Source: an uncultured delta proteobacterium (GTDB lineage: Bacteria; Myxococcota; B64-G9). Taken from it: a stretch of DNA of 64,000 nucleotides. Made by a program: the position numbers and the translations under genes. Shown here piece by piece: positions 52,054 to 62,223 of the stretch (position 1 is its first letter; each line of letters opens with the position of its first letter). The notes below the pieces were generated by a model, which saw only the letters and a list, made by a program, of their open reading frames with translations, did not search any database and was not told the origin of the DNA. The stretch is from the NCBI GenBank assembly GCA_963754925.1, contig CAVWHX010000012.1:64001-128000 (forward strand). The letters run 5' to 3'.

Positions 52054-54030
52054 TTACTTTTTGCGGGTATCGACTAATACCTTAACAACGCTGGGGTCTG
52101 CCAAGGTGGAGGTGTCGCCGATCGAGTCGATCTCGTTGGCCGCGATCTTGCGCAGAATGCGGCGCATGATCTTGCCCGAGCGGGTCTTGGGCAACGCATC
52201 GGCCCAGTGAATGAAGTCTGGGGTGGCGATTGGTCCCATGACCTTGCGGACATGGGCGACCAGCTCTTTCCTCAGATCTTCCGATTTCTCAACACCGGCC
52301 TTCAGGGTGACATAGGCGTAGATACCTTCGCCCTTGATGTCGTGCGGGTAGCCGACCACTGCGGCCTCGGCCACCTTGGTGTAACTGACCAACGCGCTTT
52401 CGATCTCGGCCGTCCCCAAACGGTGACCAGAGACCTTGATGACATCGTCCACGCGGCCGGTGATCCAGTAATAACCGTCTTCGTCGCGGCGGGCGCCGTC
52501 GCCGGTGAAATACAAACCCGGGAACATCGTGAAATACAGCTCCTTGAAACGTTCATGCTGGCCGTATACCGTGCGCATGATTCCGGGCCACGGCTCCTTG
52601 ATGCACAACCGTCCCGAATCGGCGCCCTTGATCTCCTGGCCTTTCTCGTCAACCAACACCGGTACGACACCAAAGAACGGCAGTGTGGCCGAACCGGGCT
52701 TGAGCGGAATCGCGCCGGGAAGCGGGGTGATCAGAATGCCACCGGTTTCGGTTTGCCACCAGGTGTCGACGATCGGGCAACGTTCTTTGCCGATAACGCG
52801 GTGGTACCACAACCAAGCTTCGGGGTTGATCGGCTCGCCGACGGTTCCCAGCAGGCGCAGGCTGGTCAGCTTGCGCTTGTTCGGGAATTCCTCACCCTCG
52901 CGCATCAGAGAGCGAAGGGCGGTCGGGGCGGTGTAGAAGATGGTCACCTTGTGTTTGTCAACCACATCCCAGAAACGGCCCGAATCCGGATACGTCGGGA
53001 CGCCCTCGAACTGCACGGTGGTCGCACCCTGGGAGAGGGGTCCGTACACGATGTAGGAGTGGCCGGTTATCCAGCCGATATCGGCCGTACACCAGTGAAT
53101 GTCGTTTTCGTGGTAATCGAAGATGTACTTGAAACTCATGCCGGTGTAAACCATATACCCACCGATGGTGTGCAGCACGCCCTTGGGTTTGCCGGTCGAG
53201 CCCGAGGTATAGAGAATGAAGAACGGATCCTCGGCATCCATCCACTCCACCGGGCAGTCTTTTGAGGCGTTCTTGATCAGATCGTGCCACCACTCGTCGC
53301 GGCCGGCTTTCATCGGCGTCTCAATACCCTTGCCTGAGCCCACGCGTTCGTAGACGATGCAGGTTTTCATTGAGTGGCCGCTCTTGCTGCAGATATCCAT
53401 GGCGGCGTCGGCGTTGGCTTTCATCGAAACCGCTTTCTTGCCGCGGAAGGTTCCGTCGGTGGTGATCAACACGGTGCAGGTGGAATCAAGGATGCGGTCC
53501 GCCAGCGACTCGCCGGAGAACGCGCCAAACACGCACGAATGAATCGCGCCGATGCGTGCGCACGCGAGCATCGAGATCGCCAGCTCGGGAATCATCGGCA
53601 TGTAAATGCTGACCCGATCGCCCTTCTTCACGCCCTTGGCCTTGAGCACATTGGCGAAGCGGCACACTTCGTCTTTGAGCTGAGCGTAGGTGAACTTCTT
53701 TGATTCAGTCGGCTCGTTGCCTTCCCAGATCAGCGCTACCTTGTCCTTGCGTTTGCCCTCAACATGCCGGTCGAGGCAGTTGTAAGCGATGTTCGTCTTG
53801 GCGCCGGCGTAGAACTTGATGTCGATCTTGCCGGTGAAGTCATAGGAGCGCACCTTTGACCACTTTTCCTTCCAGTAGAAGCTTTCGGCCATCTCGGCCC
53901 AAAACCCATTGGGATCCTTGATGGACCGATCGTACATCTTGCGATATTCGTCCATCGATTTGATCCACGCATTCTTCGCAAACTCCTTCGGGGGATTGAA
54001 CACCTGCTCTTTCGACTTTTCTTCTGCCAT
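52054..54030 (-). CDS. acs: Acetyl-CoA synthetase
   Basis: [33 protein letters not shown]. Confidence 0.97.
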   Translation of the reverse strand: MAEEKSKEQVFNPPKEFAKNAWIKSMDEYRKMYDRSIKDPNGFWAEMAESFYWKEKWSKVRSYDFTGKIDIKFYAGAKTNIAYNCLDRHVEGKRKDKVALIWEGNEPTESKKFTYAQLKDEVCRFANVLKAKGVKKGDRVSIYMPMIPELAISMLACARIGAIHSCVFGAFSGESLADRILDSTCTVLITTDGTFRGKKAVSMKANADAAMDICSKSGHSMKTCIVYERVGSGKGIETPMKAGRDEWWHDLIKNASKDCPVEWMDAEDPFFILYTSGSTGKPKGVLHTIGGYMVYTGMSFKYIFDYHENDIHWCTADIGWITGHSYIVYGPLSQGATTVQFEGVPTYPDSGRFWDVVDKHKVTIFYTAPTALRSLMREGEEFPNKRKLTSLRLLGTVGEPINPEAWLWYHRVIGKERCPIVDTWWQTETGGILITPLPGAIPLKPGSATLPFFGVVPVLVDEKGQEIKGADSGRLCIKEPWPGIMRTVYGQHERFKELYFTMFPGLYFTGDGARRDEDGYYWITGRVDDVIKVSGHRLGTAEIESALVSYTKVAEAAVVGYPHDIKGEGIYAYVTLKAGVEKSEDLRKELVAHVRKVMGPIATPDFIHWADALPKTRSGKIMRRILRKIAANEIDSIGDTSTLADPSVVKVLVDTRKK

Positions 54031-54174
54031 TGTGTTTTCTCCTGTGATCATGACGTTGAACGGAGGCAACGCCTGTTATTTGTCAACGAAGCGTTACTTA
54101 GGTATCATAGATTGACATTTGAGTCAAGCGAAACTGTACACGATGGAACCGACAAACAATATGCCAGCGGCTCG

Positions 54175-55608
54175 TTACCACAACGCCGCAAACTGCACTT
54201 GCAGGGCTAGGTTCGTTTGACGTTTTTGCATTTCCTCGAGCGGGATATCGCAGAATAAATCCACCAAAATTCTGAAATGCTTCTCTTCCAGCCAGAAGTG
54301 CGGACCCATGGTGATGCGCATGAGCATTTGATCTTTGGCGTCCAGATTCGGATCAACCCAGTCAACACGAAGTATGGGCTCGATCAAACTAGTGAAACGG
54401 TAGCCGATATGAGCCCACCCTCCCAACGCTTTTTGGTCACTCACCTCAGCGATGCCGCCACCGCCCTCGCGATGCTTGAGGTAGCGCCACATAAACTCGC
54501 CCACAACATGAAGCTTGCCGTCATTATATTCAACCCCAGGGCCACCCATGATAAGCGTATCGTCGGGAACGAGCTTGCCTTTATTAGGACCGTCGGTATA
54601 GCGCATGAGTGTTCCATCGGCATTATAAACTGAGGGGAACCCGAGCCACGCATTGAAATCAATGGAAAGAGTGTTCATCGGCTTGTATGAAGCCCGCAGC
54701 ATCACGTCCTTGGCCCGGTTGTTGTCAACCGTGTTGTTGACGGTTTTAGTACCATCGAGCACAAACGGGACCGATCCCATCTGCATGTAAACATTGAGGG
54801 GTTCTTGTTGATAGGGGGTATTTATCATTCCGTTGAAGACGCCAACTATGAGCACAACCTTATCGATAGGCTTATAGGTTATATCAAGCCCCAATTGGCG
54901 CCATACGCCAAAGCTTCCGTAAATGGGCAGGTTCTTGCTGTTATACATCGTAGGCAGAGCGAGGTATAGGGGATAATTGATGGCCGCAAGATCCGCCGTA
55001 TTACGAGGCATCATATACGAAAATTCGGGCACAAATCTGCCGACCCTGACACTCAGTCCGGTGTCCCAAAACCTGTATCCAAGGAACATGTCAAGCGCAA
55101 AAGATTTCTCGTCTTTCGCATCGCCCTGGAAGAAGTAGGTTAAATTTTCTGAAACAACATGTCCCTTAATCATTATACGAGCGCGTTGAAAGGAAAAGCC
55201 GATTCTCTCAAAACGATCGTCGGTCTTGATTTCCTTTTCTCCGGAAATGGGCCCAACCGTCAGGTGATACACATCATCGAGCAGCGTTTGAAAAACCCCA
55301 AGTATGGTGATCGACCCGTACTGCGTGTTCACACTCGGAATAAAACCTTCATGACTTCCCGGAGCGGCCGCACCCGCTCCAACCAGCGGCTTCTCTTCCT
55401 TCTTCTCAACCACCGCTGCCGACTGCTCGGGTGCCTTCACTTCAGCATTTTCTACGGCTTTCTCTTCGTCATTCTCGACAACGGCAGGTTGCGGTGCAAG
55501 CTCAGAACCGCTTTTTTCCTGTGCAACAACAGCACCTGCTACCAACATGAAGCTGAAAAACGATGCCATCAACACACGTGACCATGAAAGAGAACGCTTC
55601 CGGACCAT
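54175..55608 (-). CDS. Outer-membrane porin (OprO/OprP-like)
   Basis: Signal peptide, F.FQRARI..KG, RQLG, GVFNG, KDVMLR, C-terminal W. Confidence 0.7.
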   Translation of the reverse strand: MVRKRSLSWSRVLMASFFSFMLVAGAVVAQEKSGSELAPQPAVVENDEEKAVENAEVKAPEQSAAVVEKKEEKPLVGAGAAAPGSHEGFIPSVNTQYGSITILGVFQTLLDDVYHLTVGPISGEKEIKTDDRFERIGFSFQRARIMIKGHVVSENLTYFFQGDAKDEKSFALDMFLGYRFWDTGLSVRVGRFVPEFSYMMPRNTADLAAINYPLYLALPTMYNSKNLPIYGSFGVWRQLGLDITYKPIDKVVLIVGVFNGMINTPYQQEPLNVYMQMGSVPFVLDGTKTVNNTVDNNRAKDVMLRASYKPMNTLSIDFNAWLGFPSVYNADGTLMRYTDGPNKGKLVPDDTLIMGGPGVEYNDGKLHVVGEFMWRYLKHREGGGGIAEVSDQKALGGWAHIGYRFTSLIEPILRVDWVDPNLDAKDQMLMRITMGPHFWLEEKHFRILVDLFCDIPLEEMQKRQTNLALQVQFAALW

Positions 55609-55659
55609 GACCAGCTCCTTTCTTGATTTACTTGTCAATCAACTTGCTATTAGGGTGCC

Positions 55660-55688
55660 CTTGTACTTAGCTTTACCCCTTATGTCAA
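55660..55688 (-). promoter_or_regulatory. Candidate sigma70 promoter for the porin
   Basis: TTGACA-17 bp-TACAAG. Confidence 0.45.
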
Positions 55689-55805
55689 GAAAGTTCTGTG
55701 CGCGGTAATGGCAACGCCTTTCGCTACTGAAGAACTGGAGAAGTAATAGAACGCTCACTTCGCCATGACATCAACAGAAGCGCACCGATGAACGTAGGTA
55801 GGCGT

Positions 55806-58088
55806 CTATTTGCTACTGGGTAGGCTTTCGAGATCCAGTTTAGCTTCGGACAAATCCGGGGAAAATTTGATGGCCATTTCGAGCGCCTGACGAGCCTTGG
55901 AAAACTGTTTGAGCTGAATATGGACTTTGCCTAACTTATGGTAAGCTTGAGCAAATTCAGGTTTATATAGAATCGCTTTCTGATACTCGCCGAGCGCCAA
56001 ATTGAGGTATTTTGTCGTTTCTTTTTTGTTGGCGGCGGCCTTGTTGTCGTAGATCATCGCCAAGTAATAATGCGCCTTGGCAAGGTTCGGCTTTTCCCTT
56101 ATTGCTCTGGTTAGTTGGGCGACCGCCTCATCTGTCTGCTTTCGGTTTGCGAGGGCTATGCCGAGATCGGCGCGCGCCTCGACCAACTTCGGATCTCGCT
56201 TAAGTGCCTGCTGGTAATAGTTAATTTGCTCCTCGATGTTGCCGCGTTTATCGAAGACATCGCCCATACGGTATAACGCCACGGCATTTTTATCATCTTG
56301 GGCGATGACGCCCTGGTATTCAGCCGCCGCTAAATCCATCAACCCGCGATCGCGGTACAGATCACCGAGAACAATCCGAGCCTCGGATCGTTTGGGATCG
56401 ATCCTGAGCACCTCCTTGGCATGGAAGATGGCTTGTTCGAAATCAGAAGCCTCGACCAGAAGCGGCACCAACGCCTCGTGCGGCTCTATCTGATTGGGGT
56501 TTAGGCGCACAACCTCAAGGAGCTCTTCGAGAGCCTCCTGGCGGCGGCCCTGGTTGGCCATGGTTTTAGCCAGGTGCAGGCGCGCCATGGCATCAGATGG
56601 GTTGACCGCCAACGCTTTCTTGAAGGCCTGCTCGGCTTTTTCAAGCTCGCCTTCTTTGAACAGCACCAGTCCTAGTTTGGTTTGAAACTCAGTTTTACCA
56701 GGGTTAATGGAAATGGCCTTGCGAAAGTGCTGCATGGCGCGGGAGACATCGCCTTTTTGGTAGTAGGCTTCGCCCAACGCGGCGTGCGCCTCGGCATAGT
56801 CCTTGTCAATTATCAGCGTCTCGTTGAGCTTGCCGATCGCCGCGTCGTAGTTTTTGGCGTTGAGATACGCCAGGCCCAGGTTGAAGTGCGCCTCTAAATA
56901 TTTCGGGTTTTTCTCGCATGCGCTGGTATACGCATTGATCATCTTCTCGTGATCGTCTTTCCGACTGTAAGCCACCCCCAAGTTATTGTAGGCCTCGGCG
57001 TAGTTTGGATCGAGATCGATCGCCCGTTGATACGCTGCGATGGCCTCGTCCAGCTTGCCCTGCCGAAAATATGCCAATCCCTGATTGTAGTGAAACTCCG
57101 GATCGTCGGGGCGCAGGTCGAGCGCCTTACGATAGGCAGCGATCGCCGCGTCGATTTGATTTTGTTCGTAGAGCAAGTTGCCAAGGTTATTGTAGGCGTC
57201 GGCAAAGTGTGGCTCGGCTTCGATCGCCAGGTGATAGGCCTCGGCCGCACCTTTAAAATTCAAGTCCGCCCGGTAGAGATCGGCCAGTTGAAAATACGCC
57301 ACGGCGAATTTAGGGTTTATCTCGGTTGCGGTCTTGTATGCGGCGACCGCCATGGCGCGTTTGCCGACGCGGGTATAGACCACACCCATATTGAAATAAG
57401 CCTCGACCATCTCGGGATGGGCGTTGAGAATCTCTCGGTAACGGTCGAGCGCTTCATCAAAATGGCCCATACGTTGCTGAAGCGCCGCTAGATTAAGCCG
57501 GGCATCGGTCTCGGTCGGACTCAGTTTTATCACCTTCTGATAGAACTCTTCTGCGGTCTTGTAGGCATCAAGGCTGTGTTGGAGATCGCCCATGCTGTGG
57601 TACGCCAGAGCCAGCGTAAAGGTCGCCTCGACATCGCCGGGGTTGGCCTTAACCACTTTCGTGTACTCATCGATTACCTCTTTAAGTGATTCATCAGCTC
57701 GTAACTTATCCTGACCGCGCAGCAGGGCTTCATCGCTGGCCTTCTTACTCTCAACTTCAGAAGCAGCTCCGCCGGTTTCGTGGCCCGGCGCCGCACCGTT
57801 TTTACCGTTGGTGGTGGCCGCGGGGGTGTCTTTGGAGGTGCTGGGGCCTGCAGCCGTTGAAGCCTTTATTTCCGCCGGTGGGGTCTTCGCCGGCTGCGCT
57901 TGCGCCATCGCGGAAATGGTTATAACCATCGCCGCAAAAAGCTCCACAGCAGTCAAGCAACGCACCTCGACCCGTCTAGCTGTGTCGAAGACTCCGGGGG
58001 AATGCTCACAATCAATAGATTGCTCCGCTTCCCTCCTCGTCTTCTCCTTGCCAGACAGGCCGATCCGCGTTGCTTTTGTAATTTTCAT
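55806..58088 (-). CDS. Exported multi-TPR protein; family-2 element in its N-terminus
   Basis: Canonical TPRs (AYNNLG, AHFNLG); signal ending AMAQA. Confidence 0.85.
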   Translation of the reverse strand: MKITKATRIGLSGKEKTRREAEQSIDCEHSPGVFDTARRVEVRCLTAVELFAAMVITISAMAQAQPAKTPPAEIKASTAAGPSTSKDTPAATTNGKNGAAPGHETGGAASEVESKKASDEALLRGQDKLRADESLKEVIDEYTKVVKANPGDVEATFTLALAYHSMGDLQHSLDAYKTAEEFYQKVIKLSPTETDARLNLAALQQRMGHFDEALDRYREILNAHPEMVEAYFNMGVVYTRVGKRAMAVAAYKTATEINPKFAVAYFQLADLYRADLNFKGAAEAYHLAIEAEPHFADAYNNLGNLLYEQNQIDAAIAAYRKALDLRPDDPEFHYNQGLAYFRQGKLDEAIAAYQRAIDLDPNYAEAYNNLGVAYSRKDDHEKMINAYTSACEKNPKYLEAHFNLGLAYLNAKNYDAAIGKLNETLIIDKDYAEAHAALGEAYYQKGDVSRAMQHFRKAISINPGKTEFQTKLGLVLFKEGELEKAEQAFKKALAVNPSDAMARLHLAKTMANQGRRQEALEELLEVVRLNPNQIEPHEALVPLLVEASDFEQAIFHAKEVLRIDPKRSEARIVLGDLYRDRGLMDLAAAEYQGVIAQDDKNAVALYRMGDVFDKRGNIEEQINYYQQALKRDPKLVEARADLGIALANRKQTDEAVAQLTRAIREKPNLAKAHYYLAMIYDNKAAANKKETTKYLNLALGEYQKAILYKPEFAQAYHKLGKVHIQLKQFSKARQALEMAIKFSPDLSEAKLDLESLPSSK
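57955..58075 (+). repeat. Family-2 palindromic element
   Basis: IR aagcaacgc/gcgttgctt; ACCTCGA-N10-TGTGTCG ... gctcac-aatc-aata-gatt-gctccgc ... CTCCTTG-N9-CCGATC. Confidence 0.8.
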
Positions 58089-58115
58089 CGCCTATCACCT
58101 GAACGGTTAAGTTTT

Positions 58116-58879
58116 TTATTTATTCGTGCTCTCAGTCCACCAACCCTTATCTGACTCACCGATCGCGCCGTAGTATTCTTTCTTTGCCGCCAACCATTTC
58201 TCTTCCGATCTCTTCAGCTTCGCGGCTTCGGCATCAACGTCTTTGCGGAAGTCGTTGACATAATCTTCGATCTTTTTGACCTGTTTAACAAAATCCGCTT
58301 CGTCTTTATTAAAGGCTATCGAGTGTCCTTAACCAACTGTACCTTGACTAGTTCAAACTGTGCCTTGGCAAGCAGCAGCTCTTTATCGGCAAGTTTATAC
58401 AGGCTATGTTGGTGATCAAGATCGTCCTCGAGGTAATCCACCTTTACGTTGAGCATATGGATCTCTAACTTGATCGTATCGGCGTTGCGCGCCGTTGCAG
58501 CCGAGCGTGCTTTCTTTGACTCATCGATCTTGGTTTTGGTCCGGGAAATCTCGAGCTCAGTGTTCTCGATCTGGCGCTTGATTGATCCCTTGTGATCCAC
58601 CGCAATCGTCACCAATGTCTCGGCTTGAAACACGGACTTGCGACTGTTTTTCGGGAGGCGCAGCAAGAGATCATCAGGAACCGTCAGCGATAGCGAGGGC
58701 CCACAACTAACGAGTCCTCCGAACATAACTGCACATGACAGCATGCGCACCAAAACCCCCGACGACCTGCCGAGCCCGAATCTCAGAAAACCCTTTCTGC
58801 TACGCGAAGGATTGCCGGAGGGCATCGCGGATCCTTGTCGGTGGCGGCGGTAACGCGTTGAAGTCATGAAGGTCGGCAT
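58116..58879 (-). CDS. Coiled-coil lipoprotein; frameshift near 58327
   Basis: GLVSC lipobox; the shifted frame continues HSIAFNKDEADF...KGWWTESTNK to the stop at 58116. Confidence 0.7.
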
Positions 58880-58899
58880 TGCCAGCGCTCCTTGTTATT

Positions 58900-61800
58900 T
58901 CATTGCAGCTTGAGCTCGCCCATTGCATCCTTGACGGTTGGGTAGAGCTCAGGGGCGGAGAGGTCCATAGTTTTCACCTGGGCGAGAACATTCGAGAGCA
59001 GCGACCGGGCGCGGGTCTCGTCTTGGTATTGATAGAACAACGTTGCCAGGTTGAGTCGCGCCGGAAGGTTTTGACTATCGGTTTCCAACGACTTTTTAAA
59101 GAAGTCGTACGCCGATTGGTCATTGCCGAGGTGCCGGGAAACCACTCCCATGAGATTGAGGGTCTGCGAATGGTTCTCATTAATCTCGAGAGCCTTGCTC
59201 AACACCAATTTGGCCAGGTACAGGTCTCGACTCTGGAGAGCTTGCGTGGCAAGGTCGTCGAGCGTTTGCAGGTCGGCGGGGTTTTTCAGCAGCTTGGCCT
59301 TGAGGGCATCGACCTGCGGACCCTGGGCTCGCCCGCCGCCCCGGCGGCGAACGAGATCGTCAGCCGTCGGTGGTTCTCTTTTGTAACAGGCCAGGGCGTA
59401 CGGTCCAAAGACCCGTTTTTCCGTCACCGTCTTGATGCAGGCATCTAAGTAGGTCTTGGAACTGTCCCTCTGCGTTTTAACGAGTTCACCAATTTGTTTC
59501 AAATACTGTTTCTTTTGTTCGGCGTTGAAATCGGTTGGCACCGGTGCCGAGGAAAGAAAATCACCGAAATCATTGTAGAGTGCGGAGAGGTTGTAGAGGG
59601 CGGCGATGGCCCAGTACGCCTCCTTCATCTCTACGACCCCGGCAAAGATTTGCTCAAGCTGGTTGACCGCCTGCATCTTGCTCTGTACCGTCAACGCGTC
59701 GTCTTGACCTGCGCCAAAGCGAATGTTCCGATAGTCATTGACCAGCATTTCGCCCAGGGAGAACTGTGCCTCGGCCGCAAGCGCCCGGTCGCTTCCGCCG
59801 CCAAGGCTTGCCGCGGCGAGGTAGGCGCGCTTGGCCTCATCGCGCTTCCCCTGATGCTCGAGCGCCTTGGCCAACAACAGTTGTCCCTTGACGCTGCCCG
59901 GCCATAGGTCGACTGCCTGCTTCGCGGTTTCAAGCACCATGCGCCAGTCGTCCTGCTTGGAATAAGCCTCGGCGATATCCACTAGGATTTTGCCGCGCTT
60001 ATCGGGGGATTCCTTTTCAAGTAACGCGCGGAAAACGCGCACGGCGTCGCGGAACTCACCCAAAAAATTATACAGGCTGGCCGCGCCGTACATCGCCTCG
60101 CGAGCCTCCGGCTGCGTTGGGAATTTACCGAAGTAGTCTTCATAGAGCGATGCCGCGCGTTCAAAGTCCGCCATCTGCACCGAAAAGTTGCCGAGGGTGG
60201 CGTAGACGTCCTGAAGGTACTTCGAGTGCTGGTACTGGCGGGCCAGTTGGGCGCCAGCCTTGAAGGCCATCTCGAGGTTGCGTTTTTCCTTGGCCATGAC
60301 AAACGAGCGGTAGAGCGCGTTCTCGGCCTGGCCGCCTTCAACCGTGCCGGCGTATTTCAAAAGCTCCTCGATGGCGTCTTTACCCCCGCGCGATACTTCA
60401 AGCGACTTCTTGTCAAGCTCACGGTTTTCAGCCGTCTCGACAATGGCGGCCACTTCCCTTTTGAATTTCTCGTCCCTGATGGCTGGGTCAGAGGCAAAGG
60501 CGCGCCCCTGTTTGGCCAGTCCGCTGTAATCCTCGAGTTGTTTGTAGCAATCCAACACCAGATGACCGGCCACCGCTACTTCCGAGTGGGTGGGATACTG
60601 CTTGATGTACTCAAGGAAGGATTCGATCGCCTCTTTATATTCGCCTTGATCGTAAAACATACGCGCCACGTTGAACTTGATGGTAGGCGTTTTCTCATCC
60701 TTGGGGTAGCTCTTCACATAAAAGGCGCCGAGCTGCTTCAATCCTTGGCGCGCCTCGGTCAGCCCAAAACGCGTCAAGTACTTGGCCTCGCCGAGGGCGC
60801 GCTGGAAGGATTGAATGGCCGAGAACAGCACATCTTTGCGCTCTTTGCTTTCAGACATGCGCCGGGCGATATCCTCGTATACGCGGGCGGACTCGATATA
60901 TTCGTCCGAGTTAAAGAGCGATTCAGCGTAGTTATATCGCACCTCGTCGATCTTTTCAGAGTAGTCGAAAAAGCTGAGGTAATTTTTATAGGCTCGCGCC
61001 GCGATGCGGTAGGCGCGTTTCTCCTGTTGCTTTTGGGCCAACAGGTGCAGCTTGGTGACGATGTCGCGCGCATAAACCTCAAATTCCTTGGCAAGCTGTT
61101 TCTTTTCTTCATCGGGGATTCGCCAGGAGAACGTATACTTCGAGGCGGCCTTGACCAACGCAGCCACGTCCTCGTCGACCTTGTCCTTGTTTTTGGAATA
61201 CGAAGAGGCGTCATAGATGCGTTGACCATAATCGAGGTTGCGCTCGACATCATTTGACAACTCGATAATTCGCCGATAGATCAGAGCGGCACTGTCATAC
61301 TGTTCCTTGATGAAATAACGGTTGGCGAGCTTCTCCAGAGCCTGGACGTAGGAGATCTTCGACGGTGCCAACTTGCGGAAATAATCGAGCGCTATCGTGG
61401 GGGGATGCACCTCGGTATAGCAAAAGACGATACCACTCAACGCCTCGATCTTGATATTGACCATTTTATGGGTGTCGACCGAGATGCCCTCGTCCGGAGT
61501 GTTGTTGGAGGTGACTACCTGTTCAAATAACTCCAGGGCTTTCTTCCAAAACTTTTTGTCCAGCCGAGCGCGGTTAATGGCGATCCAGCCAAGCTTGTAG
61601 CGCGCCATGTCGTGGATCGGCGATTCGCGGAACTCAAGGATGCGGTTGTAAAACTTTTCGGACTCGTCGAAGTTGTCATAATTGAAGTAGTGATCGCCGA
61701 CAATATACAACGCCTCGAGCATCAGCGGGCTTTTGGGGTAGTCGTCGATTAGCTTCTTATAGGTTTCGAGCATGTCATCATGCATGCCGAGCTCGAGGTA

Positions 61801-62223
61801 TTCGTGCCCGAGATAAAACAGCACCTTGTCGTTGTAACGATATTCGGGGAAACGGTGCATCAGGTCTTTGTAGATGGTGATGGCTTCGTTCTTCAGCAGC
61901 TTGGCTTCCGGCGAGGTGGCCGCCTGAGGGCCTTTGGTTTCGACATCGAGGTAGTACACTAGCCGCGACTTCTCGACGTACAACTCGGCCAGCCGAAAGA
62001 TGATGTCAGGCAAAAACAGAGCGCCTTTCGACTTCTTGATCAGGTCGCGGGTGACATCAAGCGAATGATCCACCTTAATGATGTCTCGCTTGAGTCCTTC
62101 CACGAACTCGGTCTTCTCGCCGGCGTTGTCCCCCAAGGTGAAGCCACACAGCCCCACCATCAAGGCAGTTGCAACCGCCATCTTCGTCAGCAGTGTTATC
62201 GTTAATCGGGACATGGGAATCAC
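58900..62223 (-). CDS. GltD-like TPR protein with GltE-like C-terminal TPRs
   Basis: FRLAELY, DKVLFYLG, YKLGW, AGHLVLD parallel the 38605-42015 protein. Confidence 0.78.
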   Translation of the reverse strand: MIPMSRLTITLLTKMAVATALMVGLCGFTLGDNAGEKTEFVEGLKRDIIKVDHSLDVTRDLIKKSKGALFLPDIIFRLAELYVEKSRLVYYLDVETKGPQAATSPEAKLLKNEAITIYKDLMHRFPEYRYNDKVLFYLGHEYLELGMHDDMLETYKKLIDDYPKSPLMLEALYIVGDHYFNYDNFDESEKFYNRILEFRESPIHDMARYKLGWIAINRARLDKKFWKKALELFEQVVTSNNTPDEGISVDTHKMVNIKIEALSGIVFCYTEVHPPTIALDYFRKLAPSKISYVQALEKLANRYFIKEQYDSAALIYRRIIELSNDVERNLDYGQRIYDASSYSKNKDKVDEDVAALVKAASKYTFSWRIPDEEKKQLAKEFEVYARDIVTKLHLLAQKQQEKRAYRIAARAYKNYLSFFDYSEKIDEVRYNYAESLFNSDEYIESARVYEDIARRMSESKERKDVLFSAIQSFQRALGEAKYLTRFGLTEARQGLKQLGAFYVKSYPKDEKTPTIKFNVARMFYDQGEYKEAIESFLEYIKQYPTHSEVAVAGHLVLDCYKQLEDYSGLAKQGRAFASDPAIRDEKFKREVAAIVETAENRELDKKSLEVSRGGKDAIEELLKYAGTVEGGQAENALYRSFVMAKEKRNLEMAFKAGAQLARQYQHSKYLQDVYATLGNFSVQMADFERAASLYEDYFGKFPTQPEAREAMYGAASLYNFLGEFRDAVRVFRALLEKESPDKRGKILVDIAEAYSKQDDWRMVLETAKQAVDLWPGSVKGQLLLAKALEHQGKRDEAKRAYLAAASLGGGSDRALAAEAQFSLGEMLVNDYRNIRFGAGQDDALTVQSKMQAVNQLEQIFAGVVEMKEAYWAIAALYNLSALYNDFGDFLSSAPVPTDFNAEQKKQYLKQIGELVKTQRDSSKTYLDACIKTVTEKRVFGPYALACYKREPPTADDLVRRRGGGRAQGPQVDALKAKLLKNPADLQTLDDLATQALQSRDLYLAKLVLSKALEINENHSQTLNLMGVVSRHLGNDQSAYDFFKKSLETDSQNLPARLNLATLFYQYQDETRARSLLSNVLAQVKTMDLSAPELYPTVKDAMGELKLQ

